In this document: positions 30,418 through 34,495 of the stretch, one piece after another | Position numbering within the stretch: position 1 is the first letter of the stretch | How the letters are laid out: each line of letters starts with the position of its first letter | Assembly (NCBI GenBank): GCA_004431415.1 | Contig: QPMI01000124.1 | Span: 1-34,495, forward strand | DNA from: Cyanophora paradoxa CCMP329 | Lineage: Eukaryota; Plantae; Glaucophyta | DNA length: 34,495 bases | Direction: 5' to 3' | Translations under genes and position numbers: made by a program | The notes under the pieces: generated by a model | What the model was told of the DNA's origin: nothing | Seen by the model: only the letters and a program-made list of their open reading frames with translations | Database searches by the model: none

Positions 30418-33400
30418 ATGCCCGAATTCCAACAAACTCATAAGGGAGAAGAAATGGAACTCATGGGATTGCTGGGAACACTTTATGCAGCCCATGAAAT
30501 AAACAGAGGCTGAATATGACCGGGAAATAGATTTAATTGCAAAGGGTAGACCCACTTTAGCCAGATTAACCAGAAAAGCAAATAACCTATATGATAAAAT
30601 TGAAACCTGATGAACTGGATCGCCTAAGGCAAATAGAACCTGAGGCAGAAGATGGAACAGCCATGAATGAATTATATCGCTGGCTCACTTACAGAGCCAG
30701 AAGGGAAGTTGTTGTAGATGTGATTGAATTCCTGGACAGAATTGCTACATCCCTTCCTAATCGATTAAAGCAGGGTTTAGATCAATTCAGGGCAATCAAG
30801 GTTCGCTTGTCTTTATCTGCAAGTTCGTAAAAGTGAGCAATCCACAGGTTTGGATATCGAAATACATTTACAGTGATTATTTGTATTAACCAGGTCGAGA
30901 AATATTCGAACTGAGCTGAATAAAGCAGCCCAAATGTGTCAAGAGCAGATGAATGTGGTTGATAGCTATCGCTTGGAAAGAATCGAAATACTCAGAGTGG
31001 CTATTATGAGTTATTCCAACTGGTGGATGCTTTCTACAAACCCCAGAGTGGATTGCTAGGAAGAGAGCCACAGTGAATATTCGAAATATAGATGATTCCT
31101 GCTTCGAAAATGCAATTTTGGCATATATTCACAGAAAAGCGATAAACTCCCATAAGAGAATGAGCTTTCACAATATCGCAAATGGAAATACTCAGCAATC
31201 GCTTATAATCCGCTGGCTCTGAATTTCGATAACATCCCATTCCCTGTTTGCCTGTGATGCTAGATATTGATAAATTCGAGGCTCAAATGCAGGCATTAGC
31301 ATTAATATATTTGGAATCGATGGAGAGGTTATTTATCCCCTGCATCAATCCAGTAACCCAGGCAGAAAGCATAAGGTTAATCTCATGCTGTATTTGATGA
31401 TGAAGGGAATGGTCATTATATTACAATCATGTCCCTTTCAAGATTATTGAAAGTAAACATGAAACATACAATGATCAGAAGTTACACTACTGTGACACAT
31501 GCTTATCGATTCAGGTCTGAGGCTAAACTCACTGCTCATGTGGACTCAAATAGATGCATTGATGGAGACTCTCAAAGGGAATCACCCTAAACCTGAGACC
31601 ACCATAGAGTTTGGACTGAAAAACCTCAGAAAACTGTTTGGCTTCCTGTTGTGGTTACTGCAAGATTGAACATAGAAGCATCCCCATTGATGCATCGAAT
31701 CCAAGAGGGAAGTCTCAGCAGTCAACCTTAGAGTAGTCACTGGGGAAGATGTTCAAGATTTTCGATTTGAGGGCAGGATCCAATGGGAGGTCTGTTTGAA
31801 TGCTTGGAGTCCAAAGCAAGAGAACTAATCGATTTCCTGTTACCAATATTCCTATGAATGAACTCACAGATGAGCAGAAAGAATTTACAGAGCTACCAAA
31901 AACTGTTACCTTTGCAGTGAGAGGTTCACTAAGGAGAACTTTAAATGCAGAGATCATGATCACCACACAGGTCATACATTGCTCCTGCTGCAGAAACTGC
32001 AATCTCCATAGGAGAATCTCAAAGCAAACCAAAGTAGCAGTGGTTGTTGACCAAATGGATGACTGTGGGCATTCATTTTCAGAAAAATAGCAGGTTGGGA
32101 GATAAAACGAATCGAAATCCTTCAAAAAACTTTGATCAATACCTTTCATTGCAATGGGGTCTTTACAAGTTCATTGATGCAAGTAATTTCATGGACTTTG
32201 GGGCTGCTGATGTGAATGAGTTAATGAGCAAATTCCAAGCTTTCAGAAGGCTTCACACTCAGTATATGGACTTGACCCAGTTCATATGTATCTGCACCTG
32301 GGCTATCTTGGATGCTATGTTAAGGACCACCAAGGCAAAATAGAGCTTATAGTGATGTAGAGCAATACGAATTTGTTGAGAGGGGAATCAGGGTGGCTTT
32401 GCAACAATGCCTTGCAGGTATGCTGAGGCTGATGGTGAAAACTCCACATTATGCTGTTTGATGCTAACAACTTGTATGGCTACTGTTTGAGTAGCCAATT
32501 CAGTTGGTGATTTTAGATGGGAGACCGAATTCAACCCACAAGATAACAGATCCAGTTTCCTAGAAGTTGATCTGGAATACCCAATAAGGCTGTATCTAGA
32601 TCACAGTGATTCCCCTAATTATTAACAAGAAATAGTAGAATATGCGGAATTATCACAATATCAAAAGAGCCTATTAGATCTCTCAGGAGAAGAGCTTGAT
32701 AAAACCCAAAGCTAACTGCAACCTTTGGTTCGTGACAAACTATGTGATTTCTGGCCTCTTCTGCAATACCTGTTGGGCAAGGGAAATTGAGAAAAGTCCA
32801 CAGGGTCTATCATTTACTGTGGCTCCTGTAATGAAATCTTATTGTACTGAACACTGAGATGAGAAGGAAAGCAGTGAATAAATTCGAGGCTGATTTCTAT
32901 AAGCTCATGAATACTCAATCTATGGGAAATGCATTGAATCTGCAGAGGTAGATCTGTGGTAAGATTGCAAATACTGAGAAGTATTTATGAAATATGCAGC
33001 TTCCCCATTGGTGAAATCAACAAGCCCCATAAACGAAAAAGCAGTTGCCTTTGAGTTTTACAAAGCATGTGAACTAGATAAGCCTGTTGCAATTGGGGCT
33101 TATGTTTTGGATGCAGCCAAACTGCATAATTACAGTTCTTCTATGATACTGTAAGGTCCAATGGTCAAAGCAAGTTACTATTCCATGATACTGATTCCTT
33201 TTGTCTATATATCGAATCTTAAGACCCTCAAAAAGGACCTATGAGAATATATCCTTTATCTGGACTTAGGAGGACCTAACAGAATGACCCCAGGTAAATA
33301 CAAAAATGAGATGCCAGGTTCTGCATATTGGAGTATGTTAGGTCTGAGAGCAAAGTTTACAGTTTCAGACACTGCTGAGATTGAGAGGAAGTAAGCTCTC

Positions 33401-33622
33401 TCTCTCCACTGAGGAACTCCAATTTAATGATTTTAAGCAGTGTTTATTTGCAGGTATCAGCAAGACTGTGACTGCAAAGCAGAAGAGAAGGGCAGATCAC
33501 ACAATAATAGATCTGTGAGTAGAAGGGTTGCCCTAAACTGCTTTGATGCAAAGAGATACATCTTACCAGATGGTATTAATTCTGTTCCTTTAATTAAGAG
33601 ATGCCAGCAACTGGAAGAATAG
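30418..33622 (+). CDS. Protein-primed family B DNA polymerase (Polinton type), heavily frameshifted; ends approximate
   Basis: Motifs read across frames: PEWIARKRATVNIRNIDDSCF (~31040), EndoVII-like DHDHHTG...CRNCNL (~31950), KFIDASNF, ERGIRGG, FDANNLYG (~32460), KLMN.SIYGK (~32900), KPVAIGAYVL, HDTDS (~33185), GKYKNE, FDAKRYIL.DGINS. Confidence 0.9.
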
Positions 33623-34495
33623 TTAGGAAGAACACTGAGCAACTGCAAGGTAACCTATGCCATCACAGTTCAAAGGAGAAAAGGGGAATCTCGAATTGTA
33701 AAAAATCAGAGATGAAAGAGCTTGTCCCAGTAGAGATCCAGTTGCTATTGCAGTGAAAGAAACTAGCAAGATTGCCAAGAGATTCTATGATGTGAGAACT
33801 GGTTACAAAGGGCTTCAAGCTATGAGGGCTGAGTTACCAGATGAATCCTATAAGCAGTTGCAAGAGTTCTATAAAAACAAGAGGTTGTTCAGATCAATGC
33901 ACCTGCTATATCTAGGAAGAGAGATCCATGGTCCAATAAGGCAACCCTTGATACCTATGTGATTGATTTGCTCTTTTTCCCAGCTTATAAGAAACAAAAC
34001 AATGGCTATGATACCTTTATGACTGCTAATGGAATCAACACTGAGAACTGGATATATCATACCTATAGAGATAATCAGCTCCACTACATTAGCTGCATTT
34101 AAGCAGCTTGAATGAGAGTGGCAAGACCCATAGTAAAAGTTCAATCAGATGCTGGGAGTGAGTTCCAAAATCGAATATTCCAGGAGTATTTATCTAGTAA
34201 ATTCATAGAAACCAAGTGAGTGGAACTGCAGACCATAGAAGCCAAGGTCGAATTGAAGCTTTAACAAGCAGATTAAGAGACTGATCACAACTACTGCATA
34301 GCTAATAACACAGCTAGATTCTTTGATGTGTTAGGTGATATTGAGTATAATTACAATAATACAGTTCACTCAGCTACTAAGATGAAGCCAGGCGAAACTA
34401 CAGAGGAGCATTATAGGTATATAGTGGGATTAGAAGATGAAAGATTCAGAAATCAATAGCTTATCTTGATACCATGCAGCCTGGCATGTTTGTTA
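33601..34495 (+). CDS. Retroviral-like (rve, DDE) integrase of Polinton type, frameshifted; start uncertain and C-terminus at or beyond the window edge
   Basis: FYDVRTGY.G, YVIDL (~33960), QSDAGSEF (~34145), GRIE.FNK (~34250), YNNTVHSATKMKP (~34350). Confidence 0.9.

Larger units (their letters stand above)
10050..34495. mobile_element. Endogenous Maverick/Polinton-type DNA virus (polintovirus / Polinton-like virus); left end approximate, right end outside the window
   Basis: Abrupt switch to AT-rich, intronless, densely packed genes. pPolB, rve integrase, A32-like ATPase, MCP and pentons co-occur. Confidence 0.9.

Noticed and set aside
18633-34495. Programmed frameshifting, introns or an alternative genetic code to explain the broken ORFs
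   Set aside because: The breaks are frame changes at many unrelated sites that single-base corrections fix, and long ORFs elsewhere read normally in the standard code.

Overview
Eukaryotic (probably protist or algal) DNA in two parts. Positions 1-~9960 are GC-rich host-type sequence: a hAT-family MITE (442-840, 8-bp TSD), a fragment of an intron-containing gene, and ~36 copies of a 170-bp satellite with higher-order structure (~3180-9350). From ~10050 to the window end lies an AT-rich, gene-dense, intronless endogenous Maverick/Polinton-type DNA virus, preceded by a long hairpin (9975-10047). Its core genes are a putative double-jelly-roll MCP, two pentons, an A32-like packaging ATPase, protein-primed PolB, an rve integrase and an AEP-PriCT2-SF3 primase-helicase. 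Its accessory genes are unusual: a bacterial/phage-type AdoMet decarboxylase; four paralogous fibre-like genes with a shared N-terminal anchor and exchanged heads (two C1q); a small phage-like gene; a 1097-aa HxH-repeat fibre; a patatin-discoidin fusion; a Zn-finger PD-(D/E)xK endonuclease; and two AT-hook proteins. Many genes right of 18.6 kb are broken by 1-bp indels (sequencing error or decay). All calls come from motif recognition by eye; no searches were run.
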